Assembly (NCBI GenBank): GCA_963822945.1
Contig: CAWGJO010000025.1
Coordinates: 1-64,000 of the forward strand
Length of the DNA: 64,000 nucleotides
Direction of reading: 5' to 3'
Source of the DNA: an uncultured Gemmatimonadaceae bacterium
GTDB lineage: Bacteria; Gemmatimonadota; Gemmatimonadetes; Gemmatimonadales; Gemmatimonadaceae
Both the position numbers and the translations under genes were made by a program. The notes below the pieces were generated by a model. The model was given only the letters and a program-made list of their open reading frames with translations, was not told the DNA's origin and did no database searches. Below, piece by piece: positions 1-10,713 of the stretch (positions are counted from its first letter, which is position 1; the number at the start of each line of letters is the position of its first letter).

Positions 1-332
1 CCGGGCGAGCGCCGAGGGATCCAATGCCGTCAGGTCGTGGGCCAGCGGTTCGGAGGGCACGATGTCCATCCGTCGCCCGGATCAGCAGCTCGCGGGCCGC
101 CGAGCTGGCCAACACCTGCTCCAGCAGGTCGCTCACCTGGTAGACCGTGGCGAACCGCTCCAGGAGGGCGATGAACCGTCCGGTGCTCCCGCTGGGCCGC
201 GTCGGCGTCGATGATGTCGTCGTAGAGGTAGTCTTCCCGCGTACTCGGGGTTACGGCCAGCAACTCGCGTCCCGGCGTGTGGACCACGACGCCCCGCAGG
301 CGGCCGATTTCGGAGGAAATGTGAACGGGCAT
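1..332 (-). CDS. arcA: Arginine deiminase family protein, 5' part (runs off the window; two apparent +1 frameshifts near 178 and 70)
   Basis: N-terminus VHISSEIGRLRGVVVHTPGRELLAVTPSTREDYLYDD matches the ADI N-terminal motif; the sequence continues FIALLERFATVYQV in a shifted frame. Confidence 0.75.
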
Positions 333-386
333 GCCCAAAGCTAACCGGGGCGCCGTGGGTGGTGTCCGGGCGTACCCCGGTATATC

Positions 387-404
387 TTGTGAATGAATTC
401 ACAA
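387..404. promoter_or_regulatory. Rex operator TTGTGAA-N4-TTCACAA
   Basis: Perfect palindrome TTGTGAAtgaaTTCACAA ending 14 bp upstream of the rex start; matches the established Rex consensus. Confidence 0.9.
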
Positions 405-418
405 GCGGCTCGCTCCCC

Positions 419-1042
419 GTGAAACGTATTGCCGATTCGACCGTCCGCCGGCTGTCCGCCTACCTCCGATTTCTCGAGGATTTCGAGAGTCGCGGCCTGA
501 CCACGATTTCGAGCGATGAGCTCGCCAAGCGGGGCGGCACGACCTCCGCTCAGGTGCGGAAGGACCTCTCCTTCTTCGGCTCGTTCGGCAAGCGCGGACT
601 TGGCTACTCGGTTCCCGAGTTGGCGGGCCGGCTGCGTCAGATCCTCGGGCTGGGACGCGATTGGCGAGTGATCATCGTCGGCACCGGCAAGATCGGCGCG
701 GCGCTGGCCCGCCACCACGGCTTCCAGCAGCGCGGGTTCATCATCACCGGCGCCTACGACAACGATCCCGAGATCATCGGCGCGATGCTGGACGGCATCG
801 AGGTGCGCGACATCTCCCATCTCGAAGCCGACGTCCGCCGGCAACATCCGGATATCGCGGTGCTCGCCGTGCCCGAAGAGGCGGCCCAGCCGGTGACCGA
901 CCGGCTGGTGAAGACGGGCATCAAGGCCATCCTCAACTTCGCGCCCGCCCAACTCCTCGTCCCGGCCGACGTGACCGTGAAGACGGTCAACATGGCGATG
1001 GAGCTCGAAGGGCTCTCGTTCGCCCTCACGAACCGCGAGTAG
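419..1042 (+). CDS. rex: Redox-sensing transcriptional repressor Rex
   Basis: TVRRLSAYLR, SAQVRKDLSFFGSFGKRGLGY and Rossmann IVGTGKIG motifs; GTG start at 419. Confidence 0.95.
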   Translation: MKRIADSTVRRLSAYLRFLEDFESRGLTTISSDELAKRGGTTSAQVRKDLSFFGSFGKRGLGYSVPELAGRLRQILGLGRDWRVIIVGTGKIGAALARHHGFQQRGFIITGAYDNDPEIIGAMLDGIEVRDISHLEADVRRQHPDIAVLAVPEEAAQPVTDRLVKTGIKAILNFAPAQLLVPADVTVKTVNMAMELEGLSFALTNRE

Positions 1043-1878
1043 GGCCAAGGGCGGCGAGCAACCGCGCGAATGCCGCCGGGGCCAGCGTTTCCGGCCGTGC
1101 GTCGGGATCGATTTCGGCGCGGGCAAGCACCGCTTCCGCCTCCGCCGGGCTGAGCGCCCCCGACCGAGCGCACGATGCGCCGCATCTGCTTGCGTCGCAT
1201 GCCGAACACCTGCAGCACCAGCGTGCGCAGCCGGTCCTCGTCCTCCGGCGCCACCGCCGGCGTCTCGAGCGGCGAGATGCGGACGATCGCGCTCTCCACC
1301 TTGGGCGGGGGCCGGAAGGCGCCCGCCGGCACCGGGGCCACGAATTCAGCCTTCGCCACCGCCTGCACGTTGACGGTGAGGGCCCCGTAATCCCGCGAAC
1401 CCGGCGCGGCCGCCAGCCGGGTGGCCACCTCACGCTGCACGAGATACACGGCCCGTTCTGGACGCGGCGTGCGCAACGCGTGGAAGAGAATCGGCGTCGT
1501 GATGTAGTACGGCACGTTGCCCACGAGCACGTACGGGCCGCCCGCGAGCGCCCCCAGATCGGTGGCGAGCACGTCCGCCTCCACCACCTCCACCGACGGG
1601 GTTTCTGCGTAGCGGTCGCGTAGCAGGGCGGCCAACGCGCGGTCGTACTCGATGACCACCAGGCGCCGGCAATGGGGCACCAGGCGATCGGTGAGCGCGC
1701 CCCGCCCCGGTCCGATCTCCAGCACGGTCTCCTGACCGGTGAGTTGAAGCGCGTCCACGATCCGGTCGAGCGCGCGCGTGTCGTGCAGGAAGTGCTGCCC
1801 CAGGCTCTTGCGCACGGGCGGCAGCCCCGCGTCGGCAGACCGCTTTCGCCGGCGGGGCGGCGGCCGCCGGTCAGCCAT
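1026..1878 (-). CDS. rsmA: 16S rRNA dimethyltransferase RsmA/KsgA (frameshift in G-run near 1160)
   Basis: KSLGQHFL, VLEIGPGRGALT, GNVPYYITT, FRPPPKVES, RRKQ; the C-terminal RPETL motif lies in another frame. Confidence 0.9.
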
Positions 1879-1887
1879 GGAGCGGCG

Positions 1888-3478
1888 TCAACTGCGCACG
1901 ACGATGACGGTCAGGTCGTCCGGCGCCCGCGCGCCGTCCAGGAACGACTCGACCGCCCGAAAGACCCGGTCCACCACGGCGGCCGACGCTTCCGTCCGAT
2001 GCGCGCACACGACGTCGAGAACGCGCTGCTCGCCGAACCGCTGCCCGCTCCGATTGCGCGCGTCACTCACCCCGTCGGTGAACAGCAGGAGCAGGTCGCC
2101 GGCCGCGTCCCACCGGCGTTTGGCAGTGCGCGGCGGATCGGCCGTGAGCCCGAGCGGCGGATCGAGGGCCGGCAGCCGTTCCGACGAGCCGTCGCCGTGG
2201 ACGAGGAAGGCGGAGGCATGGCCGGCGTTGGCGTACCGCAGCAACCCGTTGCTGCGGTCGATCACCGCGTAGAACGCCGACAGGAACATCTCGGTGGCGG
2301 CCAGCTCCTCCCGCAACGAACCGATCACGGCGTCGAGCATGGCCCCCGGGTCCGACGTGGCCTTGGAATGGATGGCCGACGCGCTCATGACGAGCGCCAT
2401 GATGAGCGCGGCCTGATAGCCGTGCCCCGACACGTCGCCCAGCAAGCGCGCCGACGCGGCCCCGCCGCAGGCGGAAGAAGTTGTACAGGTCGCCGCCGAC
2501 ACTCTCGGCCGGCACCACGCGCGCCGCCGCGTCGGCGTCCGGGGCCAGTTCTGCGCCCGCGGGCAGCAGCTTCATCTGCAGATCGTGCGCCATCTGCATC
2601 TCGTGCGTCAGCCGCTGCTGCGCGATCGACTCGCGCACGAGGCGCGTGTTCTGGATGGCGGTGCCGATCTGCGTAGCGATGGCCGCGATGAGCTTCTGGT
2701 CACCGGCCGTGAACGGCTGCCCGCCGCGGCGCCCCGACAGGTTCACCACGCCGAGCGGCTGCGGCCCGCGCGCCGTGCTCCAGATGATGGGCACCGACAA
2801 CATGGCCCCGTCGCGATGGTCACTCTCCTGGGGGCAGGGATCGTCGACGGCCTCAGCGATCTCGGGATACATGGTGCGGAAGACGCGCGCCGTGATGCTG
2901 CACTCGTCGTCCACGCTGATCGACGGCAGCGAGGCCGGCCGCGCGCCGAGCGCTGCCACCACGCGGAGCTCTCGCGACGGCGCGTCGTAGACGAGCACCG
3001 TGGCGCGCCGCGCACCCACCGTTTCGCAGATCTCGGTGAGAATCGTGTGCGCGGCTTCCTCAAGCGCGACCGTCCGTCCGAGGATCTCGCCGATCGTGTA
3101 GAGGAGGTTGATCTCCTCGTACCGTTCGGCGAGTTCGCCGGCGGCGTGTTCGACTTCGAGGGAGGCTTGGAGGAATTGGGAGACGACGGGAAGGAGGAAC
3201 CGGAGATGCGTCTCGAGGGCGGCGCGACTGGAGGGCGAGGGGCCGACGGCGAGCCAGGCGCGACAGGGACCCGGCACGGCGATCGCGAGTGCGGGGCCGC
3301 CGGGCGTATTCACGGACTGCGCGCCCTCCGACGGCCCCGGCCATCGCTCCAGCGGTGGCCCACGGTAGGTGGCGGCTTCGCAGACCGGGGGTCGGCCCGC
3401 GGCCGGTTCCACCCACACCGCCGCGTCGCAGCGGGTGGCCTCCTTGAAGGCGGTGAGCACGGCAGTGAGATCGCTCAT
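1888..3478 (-). CDS. GAF + PP2C (SpoIIE/RsbU-type) serine phosphatase (frameshift near 2445)
   Basis: GAF region, then VGGDLY, GDVSGHG, ANAGH, LFTDGV and DDLT PP2C motifs split over two ORFs. Confidence 0.85.
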
Positions 3479-3921
3479 GAGGCCCGCCAGAGCGTCATCC
3501 GCACCACGTTGCCGCCCTCCCCCTCCAGGCGCTCCACCCGGTCCATCAACTGGACCATCAGGTACAGCCCGCGGCCGTCCTCGTGCAACAACCGCTCGGG
3601 GGTGGTGGGATCGGCAGCGCAGGCATCCAGGTCGAACCCGGCCCCCTGATCCACCACCTCGATCACGAGTTGCGACGCATCCACGCGCGCCCGCACCAGC
3701 ACGGGCTTGCTGCGGTCTTCCAGATTGCCGCGGAGAATCGCATTCGAGAGCGCCTCGGTGAGCGCCACCGGCACGTTCAGCGACAGGTGGTGGTCGGCGT
3801 ACTGCAGCCGCCGGCATTCGGTGCGCACGGCCTCGACGACGCGCTCGATGAACCGCACGTCGCTCGGAATCTCGAATTCCAGCAGCCGGGATTCCTCCCG
3901 GGATTGCGACGGCGTTCTCAC
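3475..3921 (-). CDS. RsbW/SpoIIAB-like anti-sigma Ser kinase (HATPase_c)
   Basis: ALTEALSNAILRGN, DQGAGFD and GRGLYLM motifs; start uncertain. Confidence 0.85.
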   Translation of the reverse strand: MRTPSQSREESRLLEFEIPSDVRFIERVVEAVRTECRRLQYADHHLSLNVPVALTEALSNAILRGNLEDRSKPVLVRARVDASQLVIEVVDQGAGFDLDACAADPTTPERLLHEDGRGLYLMVQLMDRVERLEGEGGNVVRMTLWRAS

Positions 3922-3961
3922 GCCGCGAGGTGTCCCTGCGTCATCGGCAACCGGCCCCGCG

Positions 3962-4294
3962 TCAGAAACTCGCGAGCGCCTGTTCGCGGGTATCGGCAAT
4001 CTGGAACAGCGTATCGAGCTTGGTGAGCTCGAACAGCGTCCGCAGGTCGTCGTTCAGGCCGGCCAGGCGCAACGCGCCGCCCTGCTCGCGAATCTTCTTG
4101 GACAGCGACACGAGCACGCCGAGCCCGGAGCTGTCGATGTAGCCGGTCTGGGTGAAGTCGACGAGCAGCTTGCGCGCGCCGCCTTCCAGTTCCTCGAGCA
4201 TCTTCTGCTTGAGTTCCTGCCGGTTGCTGACGATCAGTTGGCCTTCGATCGCCACGACGGACACGTCACCCTGCTTGGTAATCGTGAAGCTCAT
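3962..4294 (-). CDS. STAS-domain anti-sigma factor antagonist (RsbV/SpoIIAA-like)
   Basis: 110 aa with phosphoacceptor motif [11 protein letters not shown]. Confidence 0.9.
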   Translation of the reverse strand: MSFTITKQGDVSVVAIEGQLIVSNRQELKQKMLEELEGGARKLLVDFTQTGYIDSSGLGVLVSLSKKIREQGGALRLAGLNDDLRTLFELTKLDTLFQIADTREQALASF

Positions 4295-5321
4295 GCCTTC
4301 TTCTCCTCGGGGACCGGCGCGGCCGCAGCCGCGCCGTCGTGGGCCTGAAGGGCGGTCACAGCCGCCACATGGAAGATGTCATCACTGGTCGCGCCGCGCG
4401 AGAGATCGCTGCACGGACGCCGGAGTCCCTGGACGATGGGCCCCACGGCCGTGCCCTCGGCCAGGCGTTGCACCAGCTTGTACGCGATGTTGCCGGCGTC
4501 CAGCGACGGGAAGACGAGCACGTTGGCCCGCCCCCCACGATGCTCCCCGGCATCTTGCGCGACGCCACCGACGCCACCAGCGCCGCGTCGCCCTGCATTT
4601 CTCCGTCCATCGCGATCTCCGGCGCCCGTGCCCGCGCCAGCTGCAGCGCGTTGCGCACCAGGTTCACGCTCGGGCCGCCGGAACTGCCGCGGGTGCTGAA
4701 CGACAGAAAAGCCACGACGGGCTCGTCGCCGACGATCCGCCGACGGTCGCGCGCCGCGGCGACCGCGATGTCCGCCAGTTGCTCCACCGTCGGATAGGGA
4801 ATGACCGCGCAGTCGGTGAACGTCAGCACCTCGTCCAACTCCGTACCCCGGAAGGGCGGCACCACCATGTAGAAGGCGCTCGAGACCGTCCGCACGCCGT
4901 GCGCCGGTCCGAGGAGGGCCAGCGAGGCCCGGAGCACGTCGCCGGTGGTGTGGCACGCGCCGGCCACGCAGCCATCGGCCACGCCCAGGCGCACCAGCCC
5001 GTCGGCGAAGTAGAGCGGCGTGCGGGCCAGCCGCGCCGCTTCCGCTTCCGTCATCCCCTTCTCGTGCCGCGCCGCGTACAGCAGGTGTGCAATCTGGTCG
5101 GCACGCTGGTCGGTGGACGGGTCGAACGTCTCCACGCCCACGGCGCGGGCCGCGGCGTGCGAGTCGGGCTGCTCGGGATCCAGCACCAGCACGGGCGCCA
5201 CCACCGCCTGGCCCTTCAACGCCCGCACCGCGTCGAGCGTCCGGGGGTCGCCCGTTTCCGGAAACACGATCCGCTTGCGGAGCGCCGCCGCGCGCCGGCG
5301 CACGTCGGCCAGGAAGCTCAT
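4291..5321 (-). CDS. pta: Phosphate acetyltransferase (frameshift in G-run near 4533)
   Basis: [24 protein letters not shown], then [21 protein letters not shown] and DLSRG in a shifted frame. Confidence 0.9.
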
Positions 5322-5803
5322 GCGCTCGCGTACTTCCGGCGCAGCGCCTCGACCACGGCGCCGTGCACGAGCCCCGTGACATCCCCGCCGAACTTGGCGA
5401 TCTCCCGCACCAGGCTGGAACTGATGTACGTGGTGTCGAGCGACGGCACCATGAAGATCGTCTCGAGGTTGGGCGACAGATGCCGGTTCATGAGCGCCAT
5501 CTGGTATTCGTACTCGAAGTCGCTCACCGCCCGCAACCCACGAATGATCATCGTGGCGCCGGCCGCCCGCGCGAAGTCGACCAGGAGCCCGGAGAATTCC
5601 CGGACCTCGATGCGCGGCTCGGTGCCGATCGCCGCCTCGATGAGCGCCACCCGCTCGCTCACGTCGAACAGCGGCTGCTTGGCCAGGTTGGTCGTGACGG
5701 CGACGATCAGCCGATCGACGAAGCCGAGGCTTCGCAGCATCAGGTCTTCGTGGCCGCGCGTGATCGGATCGAAGCTTCCGGCGTAGATGGCGATGCGCGT
5801 CAT
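5318..5803 (-). CDS. coaD: Pantetheine-phosphate adenylyltransferase
   Basis: [32 protein letters not shown]. Confidence 0.97.
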   Translation of the reverse strand: MTRIAIYAGSFDPITRGHEDLMLRSLGFVDRLIVAVTTNLAKQPLFDVSERVALIEAAIGTEPRIEVREFSGLLVDFARAAGATMIIRGLRAVSDFEYEYQMALMNRHLSPNLETIFMVPSLDTTYISSSLVREIAKFGGDVTGLVHGAVVEALRRKYASA

Positions 5804-5879
5804 GGGTCCCCGAACGTGAGAGTCATCCCGGCCCCGCACTCCGGCGAATGATAGCATCCCGTGCGCGCGCCGCCCACCG

Positions 5880-6398
5880 TCACTCGGCGCGGAAGATCGT
5901 GATCACGGTGTCGCCGTACACCCGGCGCTCTCCGGCGCCGGGCAGCGTCTCGTCCTTCCGGTGCTCCACGCCGAGGATGTCCGCGAACGGCACCGCCAGC
6001 CACGCCTCGGCGATGCGGGTGGCCAGATGGTGCCCGTAGGGGGGATCGGCGAACGCGACGTCGTACGCGTGCGGCTCGAGCTCCCCGACGTACCGCAGGG
6101 CGTCCGCCCGGTGCACCACGGCCGCGTCGCCCGCCCCCAGCGCCTTCACGTTCTCGCCGATGCACCGCAGGCTGGCCGGTGAGATCTCGAGGAGATCGGC
6201 CACCGCCGCGCCGCGCGACAACGCCTCCAGGCCCAGGGCCCCGGAACCGGCGTACAGGTCCAGCACCCGGGCTTCGGGAATCCAGGGCGAGACGATGCTC
6301 ATCCACGCCTCGCGGACACGATCGCCCGTGGGCCGCACGCGATCGTCGTCGGGCGCCTTGATGCGCCGTCCCCGCCACTTGCCGGCGATGATGCGCAC
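5880..6398 (-). CDS. rsmD: 16S rRNA m2G966 methyltransferase RsmD
   Basis: MRIIAGKWRGR, RPTGDRVREA, LDLYAGSGALGLEALSRGA, DPPY; adjacent to coaD. Confidence 0.95.
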   Translation of the reverse strand: MRIIAGKWRGRRIKAPDDDRVRPTGDRVREAWMSIVSPWIPEARVLDLYAGSGALGLEALSRGAAVADLLEISPASLRCIGENVKALGAGDAAVVHRADALRYVGELEPHAYDVAFADPPYGHHLATRIAEAWLAVPFADILGVEHRKDETLPGAGERRVYGDTVITIFRAE

Positions 6399-6402
6399 GA
6401 AC

Positions 6403-8124
6403 TCAGCCCTGGAAATCCGTCAGTCGCGCCTGGAGCCGCGATTCGCCCTTCCATTCGTCACGGTCGAGCCGGAACGCCACGTCGATGGGGCGGCCGAGGT
6501 CGAGTTCCCCCTTCCGCTCGGCCATCCCCCACCCGATGGCGGTGAGCGTGTGCCCCCCGCCCTGCAATACGAGCCGGAGCCCGTTCTTCCCGACCGTGCG
6601 CGGCGGAGCGGCCAGCGCGACCCCGCGCGAGACCAGCACGGGCGACGGGTTGCCCGCGCCGCACGGTTCCATGTGGCGGAGCAGCGATTCGAGCTGTTCG
6701 GTGGCGCCGTCGAAGGGCAGTTCGAGATCGGCGCGGACCTCGGGCACCAGGTCCTCCGGGGTGAGCGCCGCCCGCGCCGCCTCGTTGAACCGGGTGGCGA
6801 ACTCCGCCACGCGATCGCGCGCAATGGTGATCCCGGCCGCCGAGCGGTGGCCGCCGAACCGGATCAGCAGGTCGCGGCACTGGCCGATGCCGGCGTGGAG
6901 GTCGAACGGCGTGATCGAGCGCCCGGAGCCCTTGCCCTCGTCGCCGTCGAGCGCGATGAGGATCGTGGGCCGGCCGAACCGCTCGACGATGCGCGAGGCG
7001 ACGATGCCGATCACTCCCGGATGCCATCCGTCGCCGGCGAGCACGATGCCGTAGGTCTCGTCGAGGTCCATCGCCTCCACCATCTTCACCGCGACGTCGA
7101 GCGTCTGCCGGTCGATCTCCTGCCGGCGCGCGTTGAGCTCCTCGAAGTCGCGGGCCAACCGGTTGGCATCGGCTTCGCTCTCGGCCATCAGCAGTTCGAC
7201 CCCGCGCAGGGCGTGGTCGAGCCGGCCCACGGCATTCAGCCGCGGCGCGAGGATGTATCCCACGCGCCCCGCGGTCAGCGGCTTCCGGTCGAGCCCGGCG
7301 GCGCGGATCAGCGCCCGCAGGCCCACATTGCGCGTCTCGGCCATGAGCCGGAGCCCGTACCGCACGAACACCCGGTTCTCGCCGCGGAGCGGGGCGATGT
7401 CGGCCACCGTGGCGAGCGCCACGAGGTCGAGCATCTCGAACACCGCGTTCTCGTTGGCCCCGAAGGCGCGGACGAGCGCCAGGGCGAGCTTGAACGCCAC
7501 GCCCACGGCCGCGAGATCCTTGTCCGGCGAGGGACAGCCCGGGCGCTTGGGGTTGATCACGGCGAACGCTTCGGGAAGCGGTCCCCCTGGCAGGTGGTGG
7601 TCGGTGATGATGACGTCGATTCCCGCCGCCTGCAGCTGCCGCACGGGCTCGATGGCACTGGTGCCGCAGTCGCAGGTGACCACCACCCGCGCCCCGATGT
7701 CCGCCGCCCCGCGCACGCCGGCCTCGGTGAGGTCGTAGCCGTCGCGTAGCCGCTGCGGGATGAACGGTTCGGCGCGTCCGCCCAGCAGCCGGAGCGTGCG
7801 GAGCATGATCGTCGTGGAGCACATGCCGTCCACGTCGTAGTCCCCGTGTACCAGGATCATCTCCTGGTGGCGAATGGCGTGCGCCAGACGCTCGACGGCG
7901 CGGTCCAGGTCCATCAACGTGGACGGCGGGTGCAGATGTTCGAGGCGCGGCCGCAAAAAGCGCTTGGCGGCCTCGGGATCGCCGTACCCGCGGGCCGCGA
8001 CCAGCCGGCACACGGTTTCCGGCAACCGCAGGGCGTCGGCCAACGCCGTCACGGCGTTCGCCTCGGGCGCGGGGGGCATGATCCAGCGGCTGCGGCCGGG
8101 CCGCCGCGTGTCGGAAGCAGTCAC
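6403..8124 (-). CDS. recJ: Single-stranded DNA exonuclease RecJ
   Basis: GDYDVDG, TDHH, GKGSGRS and GGHRSAAG DHH/DHHA1 motifs. Confidence 0.96.
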   Translation of the reverse strand: MTASDTRRPGRSRWIMPPAPEANAVTALADALRLPETVCRLVAARGYGDPEAAKRFLRPRLEHLHPPSTLMDLDRAVERLAHAIRHQEMILVHGDYDVDGMCSTTIMLRTLRLLGGRAEPFIPQRLRDGYDLTEAGVRGAADIGARVVVTCDCGTSAIEPVRQLQAAGIDVIITDHHLPGGPLPEAFAVINPKRPGCPSPDKDLAAVGVAFKLALALVRAFGANENAVFEMLDLVALATVADIAPLRGENRVFVRYGLRLMAETRNVGLRALIRAAGLDRKPLTAGRVGYILAPRLNAVGRLDHALRGVELLMAESEADANRLARDFEELNARRQEIDRQTLDVAVKMVEAMDLDETYGIVLAGDGWHPGVIGIVASRIVERFGRPTILIALDGDEGKGSGRSITPFDLHAGIGQCRDLLIRFGGHRSAAGITIARDRVAEFATRFNEAARAALTPEDLVPEVRADLELPFDGATEQLESLLRHMEPCGAGNPSPVLVSRGVALAAPPRTVGKNGLRLVLQGGGHTLTAIGWGMAERKGELDLGRPIDVAFRLDRDEWKGESRLQARLTDFQG

Positions 8125-8162
8125 GCCCGGAAGCTAGGGGGCCCGACTGCCCCCTACAACCA

Positions 8163-8870
8163 TCATTCGGCGGCCGCGTACAGCAGCACGCCGCATCCCT
8201 CGCACACCTCGGGCGTGCCGGTTCCGACCATGACATTGCGCCGCTGCATGGGGATCATGGTGTCGCAGTTGCCGCAGGACTGGCCGCGCAGCGCGAACAG
8301 GGCCACCGACCGCTGCCGCTGCTGGATGCGATCGTAGCGCGCCAGCAGACTGCGCGGCACCCGGCGGGCCTTCTCGCCGCGCGCCCCCTGGGCGGCATCG
8401 AGCTTGTCCTGGATCGCCTTGCGATCGGCCTCCAGGGATTCGCGCGCCTCCGTCTGCGCCGCCCGCGTGGCCTCAACCTCCGTCTCGCGCTCGGCCACGT
8501 ACTTGCGCAGATCGTCGAGGCGCGAATGAATGCTGGCCATCTCCCGCTCGTCGTCCGCCAGCATCCGGCGGGCCTGCTCCGTCTGAGCCACGGCCGCCGC
8601 CGCTTCGCGCGGCGAGGTCACGGTGTTCAGCACCTCCTCGTGCCGCTTGAGCAGATCGCGGTGCTGATCGATGCGGAATTGCAGATCGCTCTGCCGCTTC
8701 TTTTCGGCCTCCAGACTGGTTGAGGCGTCGGCCAGCGAGGCCTCGGCGCGCTTCGTTTCCGCTTCGAGCGCGGCCATGCGCGGCGCCAGCGCCGCCAACT
8801 GATCTTCGAGTTCGAATATCACCACATCGTCCTGCTGGACTTCCAAGAGGATCACCACGTCTTGGTGCAC
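8163..8870 (-). CDS. Coiled-coil protein with C-terminal C4 zinc ribbon (DUF164/CT398-like)
   Basis: Long coiled coil, then CGNC...CEGCGVLLY. Confidence 0.85.
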   Translation of the reverse strand: MHQDVVILLEVQQDDVVIFELEDQLAALAPRMAALEAETKRAEASLADASTSLEAEKKRQSDLQFRIDQHRDLLKRHEEVLNTVTSPREAAAAVAQTEQARRMLADDEREMASIHSRLDDLRKYVAERETEVEATRAAQTEARESLEADRKAIQDKLDAAQGARGEKARRVPRSLLARYDRIQQRQRSVALFALRGQSCGNCDTMIPMQRRNVMVGTGTPEVCEGCGVLLYAAAE

Positions 8871-8886
8871 GAGCCAGTCTCCCCGG

Positions 8887-10713
8887 TCATGGGCGTGAAC
8901 GATCGAACGACTTCCAGCCGCGCCCGCCCAGTGAGCGCCACTCGTCCGTCAGTTGCTTCTTGCGTACCATCAACGCATCCTGCTCCGCCCCGGTCGCCAA
9001 GGGCAGCTGGCGGTCGATGTCCGACATCGCCTGGCGCAGCCGCTGCAATTGCAGGGCCGCCAGGCAGTCCTGCACCGTGCGTTCCGCGGAATCCAGGCCC
9101 CCGTCCTCCGCGAGCAGCATCTGCAGCACGGCATTCGCCTCTTCATCGAGCCCGGCCGCGAGATCCTCCACCGGACGGTCCGGTGCGGCGGCCGCCAGGC
9201 GTGCATAGATGGCGCGCAGCGACGGCTCCCCGAATTCCTGCGGCCCCACATGCTCGGCCACGACTTCAACATACGTCGGCTGGTGCAACATTACACGCAC
9301 CAGCTCCCATTCAGTCCTAACCCCCGGGGTCCGGCGCAGGTCACGGCGCGGCTGGCGCGGCGCCGGTTCCGGGTCCGGCGGCGCGTCGAAATACTCCGGC
9401 GGCGGCGGCTCGGGACCACGCGTCCGCACGGGCTCCGGCCCGTGTCCGATCTCCCGTTCCAGCAGGTCGCGCCCCACCCCCGACGCCTCTGCCGTGCGCG
9501 CGACGTACAGGTCGCGCGTCAGCGGGTCCGACACCGCCCGCAGCGTCGGCAGCAGCTTGTCGATCGCCTGCCGCTTGCGCCGCAGATCGGCGAACGCGCC
9601 GTGGCGCTCGAGCAGTTGGATCTTCCGCTCGAAGACGTCGATGGCCTGCGCGATGTGCTCCTCGAGCCGATCCTTGCCGTGCGCGCGGACGAAAGTATCG
9701 GGATCCTCGCCCTCGGGCAGCGTGACCACCTGCACCGAGGCGCCGAGCCGCAGCAGCTCGTCGCCGGCACGGAAGGTCGCCTTGAGCCCGGCCGTGTCGC
9801 TGTCGTACAGCAGATAGACGTTCTTCGTGTAGCGGCGGAGCAACTCCGCCTGCGGTTCCGCGAGCGCCGTGCCCAGCGGGGCCACGACCTCGTTCACACC
9901 CGCCATCATCAGCCGCACGCAGTCGAAGTACCCCTCCACGAGAATCGCCCGGTCGGCCCGGCGAATGGCGTTCTTGGCCCACGACAGCCCGTAGAGCGTG
10001 CGCCCCTTCACGAAGGTCGGCGATTCGGCGGAATTGAGGTACTTCGGCTCGCCCGGCCCGATCAGGCGGCCGCCGAAGGCGATCACGTTGCCCCGCACGT
10101 CGTGGATCGGAAAGATCAGACGATTTCTGAACCGCGGCCGCGGCTCCTCGACGTCCTCGCGCTTCACCAGCAGCCCCGCCTCGAGCTGCCGCTCGTCGTC
10201 GAAGCCGAGCGTCTGCAGGTGGGCCCGCATCAGCCCGATCTCCCGCGGGGCGAAGCCGAGCGAGAACCGCTCGGCGTCCTCCTGCGTCACCTCGCGCTGG
10301 GCCAGGTAGTCGCGCGCCGCGGCTCCCACCTCACCCTCCCACAGCATGCGGCTGAAGTACTCCGCCGCCGCGGCGTTCACCTCCCACAACGGTTCCCGCG
10401 GGTCGGGCCCCTCGCGCTTGCGCGAGACCTCGCGCACCTCGATGCCCGACTTCTCGCCCACGTACTTCACCGCGTCCACGAAATCGAGCCCGAGGCGCTT
10501 CTGCACGAAGGTGAACACGCTCCCCTTCTCGCCGCACGACCAGCACCGGTAGCCGCCCCCCGGCGTGACCGAGAAGTTGGGGTGCGTGCCCTGGTGGAAC
10601 GGACAGGGCCCGCGCCAACTCCGGCCGACGCGCTTGAGCTTCACGTGTTCGCCGATGATCTGCACGATGTCGGCCGCATCGGCCACGCGCTCCACCACGT
10701 CGTCGGGAATCAC
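8887..10713 (-). CDS. dnaG: DNA primase
   Basis: CPFH...CWSC zinc finger, FRNRLIFPI, PKYLNS, VEGYFD and YDSD TOPRIM motifs. Confidence 0.97.
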   Translation of the reverse strand: MIPDDVVERVADAADIVQIIGEHVKLKRVGRSWRGPCPFHQGTHPNFSVTPGGGYRCWSCGEKGSVFTFVQKRLGLDFVDAVKYVGEKSGIEVREVSRKREGPDPREPLWEVNAAAAEYFSRMLWEGEVGAAARDYLAQREVTQEDAERFSLGFAPREIGLMRAHLQTLGFDDERQLEAGLLVKREDVEEPRPRFRNRLIFPIHDVRGNVIAFGGRLIGPGEPKYLNSAESPTFVKGRTLYGLSWAKNAIRRADRAILVEGYFDCVRLMMAGVNEVVAPLGTALAEPQAELLRRYTKNVYLLYDSDTAGLKATFRAGDELLRLGASVQVVTLPEGEDPDTFVRAHGKDRLEEHIAQAIDVFERKIQLLERHGAFADLRRKRQAIDKLLPTLRAVSDPLTRDLYVARTAEASGVGRDLLEREIGHGPEPVRTRGPEPPPPEYFDAPPDPEPAPRQPRRDLRRTPGVRTEWELVRVMLHQPTYVEVVAEHVGPQEFGEPSLRAIYARLAAAAPDRPVEDLAAGLDEEANAVLQMLLAEDGGLDSAERTVQDCLAALQLQRLRQAMSDIDRQLPLATGAEQDALMVRKKQLTDEWRSLGGRGWKSFDRSRP

